Origin: an uncultured Legionellales bacterium
GTDB lineage: Bacteria; Pseudomonadota; Gammaproteobacteria; PIVX01
Assembly: GCA_964352915.1 (NCBI GenBank)
Contig: CAYGTQ010000004.1
Coordinates: forward strand, 1-51,613
Reading direction: 5' to 3'
Length of the DNA: 51,613 nucleotides
Positions 1-12,408 of this stretch are shown here, one piece after another (the first letter of the stretch is position 1; every line of letters starts with the position of its first letter). The position numbers and the translations under genes were made by a program. The notes beneath the pieces are model-generated. The model was not told the DNA's origin. It was given only the letters and a program-made list of their open reading frames with translations, and did not search any database.

Positions 1-27
1 ATCTAAGCTCTTTAAGGGTTTGCTAAT

Positions 28-1032
28 TTGACACAGTTATATGAACACTCCCAAAAATATTCCCAACAAACCAGCACAACTGAACTTTCCGGTGCTACAG
101 CAAGGCTCTCTGCCATGACTTTAAAATGGCGAAGCGATCTGGTTGAAGTTTCCAGGAGTTTTCAAACAGTTTTACCTAAGCAACAAGATGTTTTATTTAA
201 CAGGAAGCTCGCACCTTTTCAGGCAGCACAAAGGACTTTGCATCAATTTTCACAAAATCCTAATGAAGAAACCGCACAGAAAGTATTGACACAAATGCTA
301 TCTGTGAGAAAAACTTTAAAGAGCGTAGCAAAGATTTATGCTTCTCATCAAGAATTTACAACTCTTTTTGAAGCCATGCAAGATGCTTTCTCATAATATT
401 TAGGTATTGCCAAGTACGAAGACATTTCAGAAGATGTCATTCCTCTCAACAAACAAGACCAACAGTTCTTACCTGTCTTACAAAAATATCATGCCGGTGC
501 CCAATTATCAGAGACCGCACACGGGCTCCACCAAGCCATTATCAATAATTTAGCACGCCTTGGACGAGCGCTTGATATGCAAAGCGCTGAAGCCATCGTT
601 AAAGTTGTGATGCAAAATCTTAAGCTTATTCTGAAATATCCTGTAGTCGTTGACCAATCAAAAGATTTGACTAATGTGTACAGAGTATTAGGTAGAATAT
701 TGGGTCAGCCTTTTGATTTTTCAATGCAAGCTGTCTCCAGCCAGTGGTTTGAACAACTGTCTCTGCCCGATTTTACCCATGAAATCACATTAATAGCACC
801 CGACTCATCAGATACATTGGGCGTTTTCAATATTCACGCAAAACTCTATGAGCTTACCCAGCTTAGAGGCAGCGAGAATTATGAGGCTACAGCATTGGAG
901 TTGCTTGGTTTAATCGAAGCTCTGCCTACCCTAAGCAATGCACCCAACTTAATGGCCTTATACGATACCATCCAGACTACACTCAAAAACGACTTTGGTC
1001 TGCAACCAGATACTGGTTCACACAGCCTATAG
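28..1032 (+). pseudogene. Interrupted gene for an unknown, probably alpha-helical protein (ORFs 28..396 and 577..1032 are one frame split by a single TAA)
   Basis: Both ORFs are in frame 1. After TAA 394-396 the frame stays open for 60 codons (YLGIAKYEDISEDV...RALD) into ATG 577. No family recognised, and the 5' part may extend outside the window. Confidence 0.6.
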
Positions 1033-1037
1033 AAAAA

Positions 1038-2432
1038 TCACACCACCACAGCAGCCTGGAGGAGTTGTACAGGCTCTTTGATGTCTGCTGACTGTGACTG
1101 CTCCATCACACTCAATCTTAGTTGCTCAGCAGTTCTCTCAACATGAGCGATGCTAACACCTTCAACCATAATGCGCACCAAAGGCTCTGTGCCTGAAGGG
1201 CGAATTAATACTCGGCCTGAATCACCAAGAGATTTTTCAGCACTTTTGACAGCGCTTTGGATTTCATCTGACTGCACCACATCGCGCGGGGACGTTGACG
1301 CCACAGAATGAATCACCTGAGGCAGACGCTCTAAATCTTTAAGTAAGTCCCTCAGAGAACTGTTGGCTTGGCTCATAGCAGCCAGCACTTGCAGCGCTGC
1401 GACGATACCATCGCCTGTTTGATTGATTTGCAAATTGATGATATGTCCTGAGCTTTCGCCGCCTAAGCTCCAGCCTCGCTTAACCAACTCTTCCAACACA
1501 TAGCGATCACCCACAGGGCTTCTGGAAAATTCAATGCCTTGTTTTTTTAAAGACAGCTCAATACCTTTATTAGAGACCACAGTGCCAACCACACCACCTA
1601 ACAATTGTCCAGTTTGGTGCATGTATTTGGCAATGACATACAAAATTTCATCTCCATCGACCACACGACCTAGATGATCCACCATGACTACACGATCACC
1701 GTCACCATCAAACGCCACCCCCACATCTGCTTGATTAGCCAAGACCGCCTTAGCCAATGCTTGGGGTGCTGTGGAGCCGCACTGATTATTGATATTCAGG
1801 CCATTGGGGTCAACCGCCGTCTCAATCACTTGGGCGCCCAGCTCTCTAAGCACGCTTGGAGCAATATGATAGGTAGCGCCATGAGCACAGTCCAGAACCA
1901 CTTTTAAACCACCAAGTTGCATTTGGCTCGGTAGGGTACTTTTACAAAATTCAATATAACGCCCAGGGGCATCCACCACACGGGTGGCCTTGCCTAAAAA
2001 CTGAGAATCAACAGGTATGAGTGTTTTTTCCAGCTGGCTCTCAATAGCTATTTCGACTGCATCAGGTAATTTACGGCCATCAGCTGCAAAGAATTTAATG
2101 CCGTTGTCATGATATTGATTGTGCGATGCGCTAATGACAATACCTGCCTGGGCCCTCAAAGTCCGAGTTAAATAAGCCACTGCAGGCGTAGGCATAGGTC
2201 CCAATAGGTGAATATCAACACCTGCTGCAGACAAACCTGCTTCCAAAGCTGATTCAAACATATAACCCGAGATACGTGTATCTTTACCAATGAGCACAGG
2301 GCCATGGCCTATACGACCAAGCACACAGCCAATGGCCCAACCTAATTTGAGAATGAATTCGGGGTTAATACACTTCGTACCCACTTTACCGCGAATGCCA
2401 TCTGTACCAAAATATTTTCTTTGATTAGACAT
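1038..2432 (-). CDS. glmM: Phosphoglucosamine mutase
   Basis: [10 protein letters not shown]-terminus, ISASHN phosphoserine motif, DGDGDR metal loop, GGESSGH; downstream of folP/ftsH. Confidence 0.98.
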   Translation of the reverse strand: MSNQRKYFGTDGIRGKVGTKCINPEFILKLGWAIGCVLGRIGHGPVLIGKDTRISGYMFESALEAGLSAAGVDIHLLGPMPTPAVAYLTRTLRAQAGIVISASHNQYHDNGIKFFAADGRKLPDAVEIAIESQLEKTLIPVDSQFLGKATRVVDAPGRYIEFCKSTLPSQMQLGGLKVVLDCAHGATYHIAPSVLRELGAQVIETAVDPNGLNINNQCGSTAPQALAKAVLANQADVGVAFDGDGDRVVMVDHLGRVVDGDEILYVIAKYMHQTGQLLGGVVGTVVSNKGIELSLKKQGIEFSRSPVGDRYVLEELVKRGWSLGGESSGHIINLQINQTGDGIVAALQVLAAMSQANSSLRDLLKDLERLPQVIHSVASTSPRDVVQSDEIQSAVKSAEKSLGDSGRVLIRPSGTEPLVRIMVEGVSIAHVERTAEQLRLSVMEQSQSADIKEPVQLLQAAVVV

Positions 2433-2443
2433 GAGTGACCTCT

Positions 2444-3325
2444 TTACTCACTATATTCTTCACCGGGCAGAAGTTGCATCGCTTCCAATATACGCAAAGC
2501 ATCCAAAGTTTCTTCTACATCGTGTGTGCGAATCATGCTGGCACCATTGATGGCAGCCACCACAGCCAATGCCAAGCTTCCAGCCAAACGCTTCTCAGCA
2601 TCATGACCTAGTATATGACCAATGGTTCCTTTTCTGGAAGCACCATAAACAATCGGACAACCTATTTGGTGCAGAGCATCCAGCTCTCTGGTTAAAGTTA
2701 AGTTGTGCTCTGGCTTTTTGCCAAAACCAAAGCCAGGATCGACCAACAAACGCTCTTTACCAATCCCTGCCTGCGAGCAAACCTCAATTCTTTGATTCAG
2801 CCAAGCCACCACATCTGATACCACATCATCATACTGTGGATTTTCTTGCATGGTGCCAGGCTCTCCTTGCATATGCATTAAGCATACCTGCACATCACAA
2901 GCCTGCATAGCCTCTATCGCACCAGGGTTTTGCAAAGCATAGACATCATTGATCATGACCACACCTTGAGCCACTGCTTCATTCATCACTTGAGGCTTTG
3001 AGGTATCCACTGAAACAGGCACATCAAATTCCTCTCGTAGCATTTCGATAACTGGCATCACTCGCTCAAGTTCCTGCTCGACAGAAATAGGCTTGGAATT
3101 CGGCCGTGTGGACTCACCACCAACATCAATAATATCAACACCTGATTTCACCATGCGCTCAATGTGTGTCTTAATCTGATCAAGTGTTTGGTAACGACCG
3201 CCATCAAAAAATGAATCAGGTGTAAGGTTCAAAACACCCATCACCAAAGGGCGTTCTACATCAAGCTTAGAGACACTTTGCTTCTCTGTAACAGTCGATG
3301 TTTGTGGTGGTACAGTGCTTGTCAT
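2444..3325 (-). CDS. folP: Dihydropteroate synthase
   Basis: [38 protein letters not shown] and RTHDV motifs. Confidence 0.97.
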   Translation of the reverse strand: MTSTVPPQTSTVTEKQSVSKLDVERPLVMGVLNLTPDSFFDGGRYQTLDQIKTHIERMVKSGVDIIDVGGESTRPNSKPISVEQELERVMPVIEMLREEFDVPVSVDTSKPQVMNEAVAQGVVMINDVYALQNPGAIEAMQACDVQVCLMHMQGEPGTMQENPQYDDVVSDVVAWLNQRIEVCSQAGIGKERLLVDPGFGFGKKPEHNLTLTRELDALHQIGCPIVYGASRKGTIGHILGHDAEKRLAGSLALAVVAAINGASMIRTHDVEETLDALRILEAMQLLPGEEYSE

Positions 3326-3347
3326 GGGTTGTCACTTCGTCCAACGA

Positions 3348-5240
3348 CTAATCGTTGGACGATGCCTCCTCATCAGACTGAGCCTCATCAGCTTTTACTG
3401 TCGTGCCATCAACATCTTGCCAACCTTCAGGCGCTCTGGCAGGCTTTCCAGCCATCAGATCATCAAGTTGTTCAACACCAATGGTTTCATATTTCATTAA
3501 AGCCTCAGACATCATGTGCAGTTTATCCAGATTATCTTCAAGGATTTTTTTGGCTCGATTATAATTACTGTCGATGAGCACTCGCACTTCTTCATCAATA
3601 ATACGTGCTGTGGCATCAGACACATCCTTATGTTTGGTCACACTGTGACCTAAAAAGACTTCGCCATCATCTTCACCATAAGTCTGTGGTCCCAGGCGCT
3701 CTGATAAACCCCATTTTGTCACCATATTGCGGGCTATTTCGGTCGCCCGCTGAATATCATTCGATGCCCCCGTTGTCACAGCATCCTCACCAAAAATTAA
3801 AATTTCAGCAAGTCGGCCGCCAAAAAGACTACTCAGCTGGCTTTCTAAGCGTCGTTTGGAATGACTGTAGCGATCTTCTTCTGGTAAAAACATGGTTACG
3901 CCTAAAGCACGTCCCCGTGGAATGATGGTTACTTTATAAACAGGATCATGCTCGGGTACGGACAAGCCAACAATGGCGTGGCCTGCTTCATGATAAGCTG
4001 TCAGACGCTTTTCTTCTTCATTCATCACCATCGAGCGCCGTTCAGCACCCATCATAATTTTATCTTTGGCTTTATCGAGCTCTTCCATGCTGACAACAGC
4101 TTTGTTGGCGCGCGCAGCAAAAAGGGCTGCTTCATTCACCAAATTCGCCAAATCGGCACCGGAAAAACCGGGGGTCCCTCGGGCGGTCACCGATGCTTTG
4201 ACATCATTAGCCACAGGCACGCCTCGCAGGTGCACCGTTAAAATTTGCTCACGCCCACGGATATCGGGCAGAGGTACCACCACCTGGCGATCAAATCGTC
4301 CAGGTCGCAACAGCGCTGGATCCAGCACATCGGGACGGTTGGTTGCAGCCACCACAATGACGCCTTCATTGCCTTCAAAACCATCCATTTCCACCAACAA
4401 TTGGTTCAGCGTCTGCTCGCGCTCATCATGACCGCCGCCAAGGCCTGCGCCACGATGACGTCCTACCGCATCAATTTCATCGATAAAGATGATGCATGGC
4501 GCTTGGCGTTTGGCTTGTTCAAACATGTCACGCACTCTTGAAGCACCTACACCAACAAACATTTCTACAAAATCAGAGCCTGAAATGGTAAAGAAAGGCA
4601 CTTTGGCTTCACCAGCTACAGCTTTAGCCAGCAAGGTTTTACCTGTACCAGGCGAACCAACCAGCAACACACCTCGAGGAATTTTACCACCCAATTTCTG
4701 GAATTTTGCTGGATTTTTTAAAAAATCAACCAGCTCTTCAACCTCTTCTTTGGCTTCCTCGACACCGGCGACATCAGCAAAAGTGACTTTGACCTGATCC
4801 TCACCCAGCAAACGCGCGCGACTGCGCCCAAAAGACATAGCCCCACGGCCACCGCCACCTTGCATTTGACGCATGAAAAACACCCAAACACCGATGAGCA
4901 GTAGCATGGGGAACCAGTTGATAAAAATATGCATTAAAAGGCTTTGCTGCTGCGGCGGTTGACCACGCACATCCACTCCTTTTTTAATCAAATCAGGCAA
5001 TAAGAACTGATCATGCATAGGAATATAAGTTACAAAAGATCGATTGTTCTTCATCATGCCTTTAATGGTGCGATCCATGATGGTAACAGAGTGGACACCA
5101 CCTTGATTAATGTGGTGCAAAAACTCACTGTAAGTCAGTTTCTCAATACCTTGGTTTTTAGGGCTGAAGCTGCTAAAAACAGACACCAAAATAACAGCCA
5201 CCACCAACCACAGAAATAAATTGCGAAGCATGTAGTTCAA
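3348..5240 (-). CDS. ftsH: ATP-dependent zinc metalloprotease FtsH
   Basis: Two N-terminal TM segments, Walker A GSPGTGKT, Walker [27 protein letters not shown] zinc motif; TTG start after AAGAGG. Confidence 0.99.
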   Translation of the reverse strand: MNYMLRNLFLWLVVAVILVSVFSSFSPKNQGIEKLTYSEFLHHINQGGVHSVTIMDRTIKGMMKNNRSFVTYIPMHDQFLLPDLIKKGVDVRGQPPQQQSLLMHIFINWFPMLLLIGVWVFFMRQMQGGGGRGAMSFGRSRARLLGEDQVKVTFADVAGVEEAKEEVEELVDFLKNPAKFQKLGGKIPRGVLLVGSPGTGKTLLAKAVAGEAKVPFFTISGSDFVEMFVGVGASRVRDMFEQAKRQAPCIIFIDEIDAVGRHRGAGLGGGHDEREQTLNQLLVEMDGFEGNEGVIVVAATNRPDVLDPALLRPGRFDRQVVVPLPDIRGREQILTVHLRGVPVANDVKASVTARGTPGFSGADLANLVNEAALFAARANKAVVSMEELDKAKDKIMMGAERRSMVMNEEEKRLTAYHEAGHAIVGLSVPEHDPVYKVTIIPRGRALGVTMFLPEEDRYSHSKRRLESQLSSLFGGRLAEILIFGEDAVTTGASNDIQRATEIARNMVTKWGLSERLGPQTYGEDDGEVFLGHSVTKHKDVSDATARIIDEEVRVLIDSNYNRAKKILEDNLDKLHMMSEALMKYETIGVEQLDDLMAGKPARAPEGWQDVDGTTVKADEAQSDEEASSND

Positions 5241-5322
5241 AATATAACCTCTTTAATCCTTAAGATGGAATTTTTGTAACCAATCCAAATGGTACAAACA
5301 TCTATTGCATTAAGCTAACTTA

Positions 5323-5943
5323 CTATACTTTATAGCCTATTGCCAACACATAAACCTCTGACGACTGGGTTCTAGACGCTTTGGGTTTACGACACATTAC
5401 CTTAGTAAATCGTTGGCGCAAGGCTAATAGTATGGCATCAACCCCTGCACCTTGAAATACTTTGGCCAATAAAGTGCCACCTGGTGCCAACACATCCTCC
5501 GCACAAGCCACCACGTCCTCAAGTAGCTGTACACTTTTTAGCTTATCCACGCGATCAACCCCTATGGTGTTGGGTGCCATATCTGATAGCAACACATCCA
5601 CAGGCATACCACCGCAAAGAGCCAACACCTCAGACCAAGTTGCTTCTTTTTGAAAATCACCTTGCACAAAAGTCACGCCAGGCAATGAGTCCATTTCCAA
5701 GCGATCAAGCGCTATCAATTTGCCTTGATTCTGCAAAATCTCTGCTGCATACTGCGACCAGCCACCTGGTGCTGCACCTAAATCCACCACACATTGTCCA
5801 GGGCGTATCAATCGATACTTATCCTGCAGCTCCTGAAGCTTATACACAGCACGAGAGCGATAGCCCTCCTGGCGGGCTTGCAGCACAAAAGGATCGCTGT
5901 GGTGAGCCTTTAACCATTGATGACTGGTGCGCGATCGAGCCAT
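5323..5943 (-). CDS. rlmE: 23S rRNA Um2552 2'-O-methyltransferase RlmE (FtsJ/RrmJ)
   Basis: YRSRAVYKL, VVDLGAAPGGWSQ, SDMAP, KPKASR..SSEVY (K-D-K-E tetrad); upstream of ftsH. Confidence 0.97.
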   Translation of the reverse strand: MARSRTSHQWLKAHHSDPFVLQARQEGYRSRAVYKLQELQDKYRLIRPGQCVVDLGAAPGGWSQYAAEILQNQGKLIALDRLEMDSLPGVTFVQGDFQKEATWSEVLALCGGMPVDVLLSDMAPNTIGVDRVDKLKSVQLLEDVVACAEDVLAPGGTLLAKVFQGAGVDAILLALRQRFTKVMCRKPKASRTQSSEVYVLAIGYKV

Positions 5944-5952
5944 AACAATGCT

Positions 5953-6426
5953 TTATTTATACTCGATTTCGATAATTTCATATTCAATCACACCGCTGGG
6001 GGTCTGCACCTTGACGGAATCATCTATTTCTTTACCAATCATAGCGCTTGCTACAGGTGAGGTTACTGAAATCTTGCCTTGTTCAATATTAGCCTCATCT
6101 TCACCTACAATCTGGTAAGTGACCGTTTCACCATTATCGACTTTGCTGAGATGCACTGTTACACCAAACACCACTTGCCCATTTTGTGGCAAAGAAGACA
6201 CATCTATCACTTGCGCATTGGCAAGCTTAGACTCAAGCTCTAAAATCCGCCCTTCGGCAAAGCTCTGCTGTTCACGGGCTGCATGATATTCAGCATTTTC
6301 TTTCAAATCACCGTGCGCTCGCGCCTCAGCAATAGCTTGGATAATCTCTGGTCTTTTAACCGTTGTCAAATGCTCTAACTCTTCGCGCAGCAGCGTAGCA
6401 CCTTGTGATGTCATGGGGACTCGCAT
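5953..6426 (-). CDS. greA: Transcription elongation factor GreA
   Basis: [14 protein letters not shown] signature, C-terminal [11 protein letters not shown]; downstream of carB. Confidence 0.97.
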   Translation of the reverse strand: MRVPMTSQGATLLREELEHLTTVKRPEIIQAIAEARAHGDLKENAEYHAAREQQSFAEGRILELESKLANAQVIDVSSLPQNGQVVFGVTVHLSKVDNGETVTYQIVGEDEANIEQGKISVTSPVASAMIGKEIDDSVKVQTPSGVIEYEIIEIEYK

Positions 6427-6533
6427 GCCAATCTCCTAATTGCACATATTTTTGCAACATTATACACTGTTTTACCGCTGGGCACATAGCTATTTTGCGC
6501 GCATGCCTCCCTTTATTATGAGTAATACACCGA

Positions 6534-6908
6534 ATGTGGCGGCATGATTACAATATAATCCAGCATCTTCATGCATTGCAGGCTACAAACCCAATACTAT
6601 CTGAAGTTATAAATGCATTAAAAACAAAAAGTTATACAGTTACATTGAAAAGAAGCTGCTATGCTCGCGACACGCCATCAATCATGTTTAGTCGCTATGG
6701 CCATCCTGTACACCAATTAGCGCAGCAATAACGCCTGCATCAAAAATTCTATATATCGGTATTGTATGAGGGTTTTCAAATGATGAAAGCCTATAAACCA
6801 GACACAAGGGGATTATTGAGGGGCCAAAGACAACCAACACAAGAAATAATTTGGTACGTTTTTGTAAAATGTACTCTATATATGGCTTTCTATGACGTAT
6901 CTTGGTAG
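6534..6908 (+). pseudogene. Possible decayed gene between carB and greA
   Basis: ORF 6534..6731 continues in frame past TAA 6729-6731 for 58 more codons to TAG 6906-6908; no family recognised. Confidence 0.3.
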
Positions 6909-6924
6909 CAAATAGGGAATAAGT

Positions 6925-9900
6925 TTACTGGGTTAAAGCCTGAATGGACTTAAAAGTCATGTTTTTCTCATATTTCATCGCTAAGCACATGGCGCGCGCG
7001 CCTTCAAGCGTGGTGGTGTAGGCTATTCGATGTACCAAAGCATTTTGCCGGATCACTTGTGAATCTAAAATGGCTTGCTGCCCTTCGGTGGTATTGACGA
7101 TGAAATCAACTTCATCGTTTTTAATCATATCAACAATATGCGGTTGTCCTTCATGCACTTTATTCACTCTGTCCACAGCCACACCTGCAGCAAACAAAGC
7201 TTGTGCCGTACCACGAGTCGCCAACAGACGAAAACCCTGTTGACAGAGCATGCGGCCAATTTCGGCAATCCTGACTTTATCACTGTCTTTCACACTGACA
7301 AATACCTGACGACGACGCTTAATATGAGTGCCTGCTGCCAATTGCGCTTTGGCATAAGCCTGGCCAAAGCCCTGGGCAATGCCCATCACTTCACCCGTCG
7401 AGCGCATCTCAGGCCCTAAAATAGTGTCCACACCATCAAATCGGTTAAATGGAAACACCGGTAATTTAACCGCATAATATGCTGGATCAGATAAGCGTGG
7501 TATATCTTGTTCTTTTAAGGTTTGCCCCACCATACACCTGGTTGCGATCCGCGTAATCGGTAAACCAATGGCTTTGGATACAAAAGGCACGGTACGAGAA
7601 GCGCGAGGATTGACCTCCAACACATAAATATCTTCTTGTTGAATAGCAAACTGAGCATTCACCAAACCTTTAACCCCTAAATGCAACGCCATTGCTGTAA
7701 TTTGGCGCTTTAAAGTACGCTGCACCACCACACTTAAATGCATGGGTGGTAGTACACAAGCAGAATCACCGGAATGAATACCAGCTTGTTCGATATGCTC
7801 CATAATGCCTGTGATCCAAACTTCCTTACCATCACACACTGCATCCACATCCACTTCAATGGCTTCATTCAAGTAATGATCCAGCAACAAAGGTGATGCC
7901 TGCCAACGGTGACCATGTTTTTGGCAATAAGCACTGAGCTCTTCATCGTTAAACACCACCTTCATTGCGCGACCTCCAAGCACATAAGAAGGCCTGACAA
8001 CAATAGGATAACCAATATCTTTAGCCGCTTGCAGCGCTTGCTCAGGACTGCTGACAATAGCATTGCTGGGTTGCTTTAAATTCAAAGTTTGAATCATTTT
8101 TTGAAAACGTTCACGATCTTCAGCTTCATCAATCGCCTGAGGTGACGTGCCAATGATAACTACACCAGCGGCTTGCAAGTCATTGGCAATTTTTAAAGGT
8201 GTCTGACCACCCAGCTGTACAATCACACCTTGGGGTTTTTCACGCTCCACAATCGCCATCACACTTTCAAAGGTGATGGGCTCAAAATAAAGCCTGTCGG
8301 AGACATCAAAATCTGTAGAAACCGTCTCTGGATTACAATTGAGCATGATGGTTTCATAGCCTACTTCTCGCAAAGCTTGAGCTGCCTGCACACAACAATA
8401 ATCAAATTCGATACCCTGGCCAATTCGATTAGGTCCACTGCCTAAAATCATGATTTTATTTGCAGAGGTAGGTTTGCTCTCACAATAAGTCTGGTAAGTA
8501 GCGTACATAAAAGCTGTGGCTGTAGGGTATTCTCCAGCACAAGAGTCGATACGCTTGAAAACTGGCTTGATATCATATTGCTGGCGCTTGCTGTAAATTT
8601 CAGACTCATCGCATTGCAAAAGCAAAGCCAAATACCTATCTGAAAAACCTTGCCTTTTGAGATGATAAAGCTCATCAGAAGTTAACTCATGCCATGTCTT
8701 ATTTTTTAAAGTTTCTTCTTCAGCAACCAGTTGCGCCATTTGTGCTAAAAACCATGGCGTGATGTGTGTCAATTGATGCACATCATCCACAGACATACCA
8801 AGGCGAAAGCCATCAGCTATGTGCCACAAGCGATCTGGGCTTGGCGCACGCAACTGGCTTTTCAGCCATTGCTGCTTATCACCTTCTGCCTTATGTAAAG
8901 TAGATTCAAAGCCATATTTACCCACATCCAACCCACAGATAGCTTTGAGCAGAGCTTCTCGAAATTGGCTGCCAATCGCCATCGACTCGCCCACCGATTT
9001 CATTTGTGTCGATAGCTGAGGGCTCGCTTGTGGAAATTTCTCAAAATTAAAGCGTGGGATTTTAACCACCACATAATCAATGCTTGGCTCAAACGACGCA
9101 GGTATCTTATCGCCTGTGATGTCATTGGTGCACTCATCCAAGGTATAGCCCACGGCAAGCTTGGCTGCTAATTTAGCAATAGGAAAACCCGTGGCTTTTG
9201 ACGCCAAGGCTGAAGAGCGCGATACCCGTGGGTTCATCTCAATAATGATCACATCACCCGTGGTGGGATGAACACCAAATTGTACGTTGGCGCCACCTGT
9301 GGCTACACCCACCGCTCGCACAATATCAATAGAGTACTGGCGAAGCCTCTGGTATTCTTTGTCAGTCAATGTTAATGCCGGAGCCACAGTGATCGAATCA
9401 CCTGTATGCACCCCCATCGGATCGAAGTTCTCGATAGAGCACACAATAATACCATTGCCTACTTCATCACAAACCACCTCAAATTCAAATTCTTTCCAAC
9501 CAATGAGCGACTCTTCAATCATCAATTCATGAGTCGGTGAAATATCCAGACCACGTTGGCATATTTTGGTGAACTCTTCACGATTATAAGCAATACCGCT
9601 GCCACTGCCACCTAAAGTAAAAGATGGCCGGATGATGGTGGGATAACCTATGTGCGCCTGCACCTGTAGAGCTTCTTCTAAACTGTGTGCCACCGCTGAC
9701 TTTGGAACTTTAAGGCCAATGGAGGTCATAACATCGCGAAATTTTTCACGATCCTCTGCCTTATCAATGGCTTCTTTCGAAGCACCAATCAAGGCCACCT
9801 GATACTTCTCAAGCACACCATGCTTATCTAAATCAAGTGCACAATTAAGCGCTGTCTGCCCGCCCATGGTAGGTAAAATGGCATCTGGTTTGGTTTGCTC

Positions 9901-10134
9901 AATGATAGCTGCCAAAGCTTGCCACTGCAGCGGCTCAATGAAGGTTTCATCGGCCAGTTCTGGATCGGTCATGATCGTCGCAGGATTAGAATTGACTAAA
10001 ATAACATAGTAACCATCTTCTCTTAAAACTTTGCAGGCTTGCACGCCTGAATAATCAAACTCACAGGCTTGACCAATGACGATAGGCCCTGAGCCTAAAA
10101 TCATAATGCGTTTGAGATCGGTACGCTTGGGCAT
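6925..10134 (-). CDS. carB: Carbamoyl-phosphate synthase large subunit
   Basis: [23 protein letters not shown], duplicated ATP-grasp halves ([19 protein letters not shown]), C-terminal MGS domain. Confidence 0.99.
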   Translation of the reverse strand: MPKRTDLKRIMILGSGPIVIGQACEFDYSGVQACKVLREDGYYVILVNSNPATIMTDPELADETFIEPLQWQALAAIIEQTKPDAILPTMGGQTALNCALDLDKHGVLEKYQVALIGASKEAIDKAEDREKFRDVMTSIGLKVPKSAVAHSLEEALQVQAHIGYPTIIRPSFTLGGSGSGIAYNREEFTKICQRGLDISPTHELMIEESLIGWKEFEFEVVCDEVGNGIIVCSIENFDPMGVHTGDSITVAPALTLTDKEYQRLRQYSIDIVRAVGVATGGANVQFGVHPTTGDVIIIEMNPRVSRSSALASKATGFPIAKLAAKLAVGYTLDECTNDITGDKIPASFEPSIDYVVVKIPRFNFEKFPQASPQLSTQMKSVGESMAIGSQFREALLKAICGLDVGKYGFESTLHKAEGDKQQWLKSQLRAPSPDRLWHIADGFRLGMSVDDVHQLTHITPWFLAQMAQLVAEEETLKNKTWHELTSDELYHLKRQGFSDRYLALLLQCDESEIYSKRQQYDIKPVFKRIDSCAGEYPTATAFMYATYQTYCESKPTSANKIMILGSGPNRIGQGIEFDYCCVQAAQALREVGYETIMLNCNPETVSTDFDVSDRLYFEPITFESVMAIVEREKPQGVIVQLGGQTPLKIANDLQAAGVVIIGTSPQAIDEAEDRERFQKMIQTLNLKQPSNAIVSSPEQALQAAKDIGYPIVVRPSYVLGGRAMKVVFNDEELSAYCQKHGHRWQASPLLLDHYLNEAIEVDVDAVCDGKEVWITGIMEHIEQAGIHSGDSACVLPPMHLSVVVQRTLKRQITAMALHLGVKGLVNAQFAIQQEDIYVLEVNPRASRTVPFVSKAIGLPITRIATRCMVGQTLKEQDIPRLSDPAYYAVKLPVFPFNRFDGVDTILGPEMRSTGEVMGIAQGFGQAYAKAQLAAGTHIKRRRQVFVSVKDSDKVRIAEIGRMLCQQGFRLLATRGTAQALFAAGVAVDRVNKVHEGQPHIVDMIKNDEVDFIVNTTEGQQAILDSQVIRQNALVHRIAYTTTLEGARAMCLAMKYEKNMTFKSIQALTQ

Positions 10135-10141
10135 GGTTTTC

Positions 10142-11239
10142 CTACGTCAAAAGTGAAATAAATTGTTGAAACATCATTTGCCAATCCTGGGGACCTGGGC
10201 TTGCTTCCGGATGCCCCTGAACGCCAATAATCGGGCGACTTTGATGCGCAAAGCCCTGCAAACTGCCATCAAACAATGAACGATGGGTAATGACAAATTC
10301 TTTGGGTAAACTGGTTTCATCCACAGCAAACCCATGATTCTGGCTGGTAATAAGCACACGGTTATCTGACAACTGCGCCACAGGATGATTAGCTCCATGA
10401 TGGCCAAAAGGCATCTTATAAGTACGGCCACCAGCGGCCAAAGCCAATACTTGAAAGCCAAAGCAGATCCCAAACAAAGCAATAGGCTTTGCCATTAATG
10501 CCTGCACCAATTTGATGATATCTTGATTAAAATCAGGATTACCAGGACCATTGGAAAGCACCACCGCCTTAGGCTCAAGAGCCATAATCGCATCCAGACT
10601 GGTAGATGCTGGCACCACCGTAAGCCGACACTGATGTTGGTGTAACAAATCCAAGATATGACGTTTAACCCCAAAATCCACCACCACCACATGCGGCCAA
10701 GCTACATCAGATCTCTGTTCTTTTGGCCAAACATAAGGTGCTTTGCAGCTGACCTTATTTGCCAAATCTAAATCGCTTAAATTAGGCGCTTCTTTGGCCA
10801 ATCCAATAACCTTCTCAGGATCATCGTGCTCAGAGCTGATACAGCCATTTTGCACACCGTGCTCTGACAAATGACGTGTCAAAGCACGTGTATCAATGCC
10901 TGCAATACCCACCACTTTCTTTTGTAAAAGCCATGCGCCTAAATCATGTTCAGCACGCCAATGTGAAACCAATGCATCGCATTCACGAACAATCACACCA
11001 GCGGCCCAAAGCTTATCAGATTCATTGTCCTGTGAGTTCACACCATTGATACCAATGTGTGGCTGAGTGAACAAGATCATTTGTTGAGAATAAGAAGGAT
11101 CGGTTAAAATTTCCTGGTAGCCTGTGAGTGCTGTATTGAACACCACCTCACCCACCGTTGTACCTGAAATACCAATAGAGTCACCGTAAAATACCGTGCC
11201 ATCTGCCAAAGCTAACATCGCTGATTGACGCTGACTCAA
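10142..11239 (-). CDS. carA: Carbamoyl-phosphate synthase small subunit
   Basis: [23 protein letters not shown], catalytic [15 protein letters not shown]; TTG start after GGAGGA. Confidence 0.98.
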   Translation of the reverse strand: MSQRQSAMLALADGTVFYGDSIGISGTTVGEVVFNTALTGYQEILTDPSYSQQMILFTQPHIGINGVNSQDNESDKLWAAGVIVRECDALVSHWRAEHDLGAWLLQKKVVGIAGIDTRALTRHLSEHGVQNGCISSEHDDPEKVIGLAKEAPNLSDLDLANKVSCKAPYVWPKEQRSDVAWPHVVVVDFGVKRHILDLLHQHQCRLTVVPASTSLDAIMALEPKAVVLSNGPGNPDFNQDIIKLVQALMAKPIALFGICFGFQVLALAAGGRTYKMPFGHHGANHPVAQLSDNRVLITSQNHGFAVDETSLPKEFVITHRSLFDGSLQGFAHQSRPIIGVQGHPEASPGPQDWQMMFQQFISLLT

Positions 11240-11261
11240 AAATTCCTCCAGAGCATGAATT

Positions 11262-12398
11262 TCACGATGTCATATCTTCAAAAAAACGCTTGACCCCTGA
11301 AAACCAACGATTGGCTTTAGGGCTATGTGTCTTTCCATCAGAAGCAATGGCTTGCTGAAAATCTTTAAGCAATTGCTTTTGTGTTGGATTCAAATTCACA
11401 GGCGTCTCTATCATCACTGTACACATCAAGTCACCCTGCGCTTGGCGGCGCACCGAATTCACACCTTTACCACGCAACCGGAAAGCTTTACCAGTTTGAG
11501 TTTCAGATGGGATTTTCAAAGTCACTCGGCCCTCTAAAGTCGGAACCTCAATGCTACCACCTAACGCAGCTGTTGCAAAATCGATGGGCACCTGACAAAA
11601 CAAATGCTCGCCATCACGTTTAAAAATTGCATGTTCTTTGACTCTTACCTGCACATACAAATCACCTGGCACACCTCCAGAGCCACCTGGATGCTCGCCT
11701 TCACCGGTTAACCGCATTTGATCACCATCATCGATACCAGCTGGGACTTTAATGGACAATTGTTTGCTTTTGCGCACACGCCCTTGACCTGAGCAAGCAG
11801 TACATGGCTTATCAACGCGACTACCTTGCCCTTGACAACTAGGACAGGTCTGTTGAATAGAGAAAAAACCTTGCTGCATTCGTACCTGACCATGGCCATG
11901 GCAAGTCTGGCAAGCCACAGGCTTGCTGCCAGGCTTGGCACCACTGCCATGGCAAGTGTCACATGCACTGTGTCGTGGAATGTCCGCTTGAACCGTCTTG
12001 CCGGTGACGGCCTCTTCGAGGGTTAGGGTGATATTGTACTGCAGATCGGCCCCACGCTGTCCACGCTGTCCACGACCGCCACCCCCGAATGCATCACCAA
12101 AAATGTCCTCAAACACATCACTAAAATTAAAGCCCCCAGCACCTCCGCCTGCTGCGGACTGTTGTGCTTGAGCTCTGACACCCTCATGACCATATTGATC
12201 ATACACACCACGTTTCTCAGCGTCAGATAACACTTCGTAGGCTTCTTTGATATCTTTGAATTTACTCTCGGCCTGCTTATCATCCTTGTTACGATCAGGA
12301 TGATACTTCATCGCCAAACGGCGAAAAGCCTTTTTAATGTCTGCCTCACTGGCGCTTTTAGCAACTCCTAAGGTCTTATAATAGTCATTTTGTGACAT
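11262..12398 (-). CDS. dnaJ: Chaperone DnaJ
   Basis: J-domain with HPD, G/F-rich linker, four CxxCxGxG zinc repeats. Confidence 0.99.
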   Translation of the reverse strand: MSQNDYYKTLGVAKSASEADIKKAFRRLAMKYHPDRNKDDKQAESKFKDIKEAYEVLSDAEKRGVYDQYGHEGVRAQAQQSAAGGGAGGFNFSDVFEDIFGDAFGGGGRGQRGQRGADLQYNITLTLEEAVTGKTVQADIPRHSACDTCHGSGAKPGSKPVACQTCHGHGQVRMQQGFFSIQQTCPSCQGQGSRVDKPCTACSGQGRVRKSKQLSIKVPAGIDDGDQMRLTGEGEHPGGSGGVPGDLYVQVRVKEHAIFKRDGEHLFCQVPIDFATAALGGSIEVPTLEGRVTLKIPSETQTGKAFRLRGKGVNSVRRQAQGDLMCTVMIETPVNLNPTQKQLLKDFQQAIASDGKTHSPKANRWFSGVKRFFEDMTS

Positions 12399-12408
12399 GT
12401 TATATTAC

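Noticed and set aside
394-6731. Stop-codon reassignment suggested by in-frame TAA codons at 394 and 6729 followed by long open frames
   Set aside because: TAA, TAG and TGA all end conserved genes at their expected C-termini in this window (recN TAA, dnaK TAG, glmM TGA), so nonsense mutation or sequencing error is the simpler explanation.
12052-12074. Tandem CCACGCTGT repeat
   Set aside because: It encodes the ordinary RGQ repeats of the DnaJ G/F linker.
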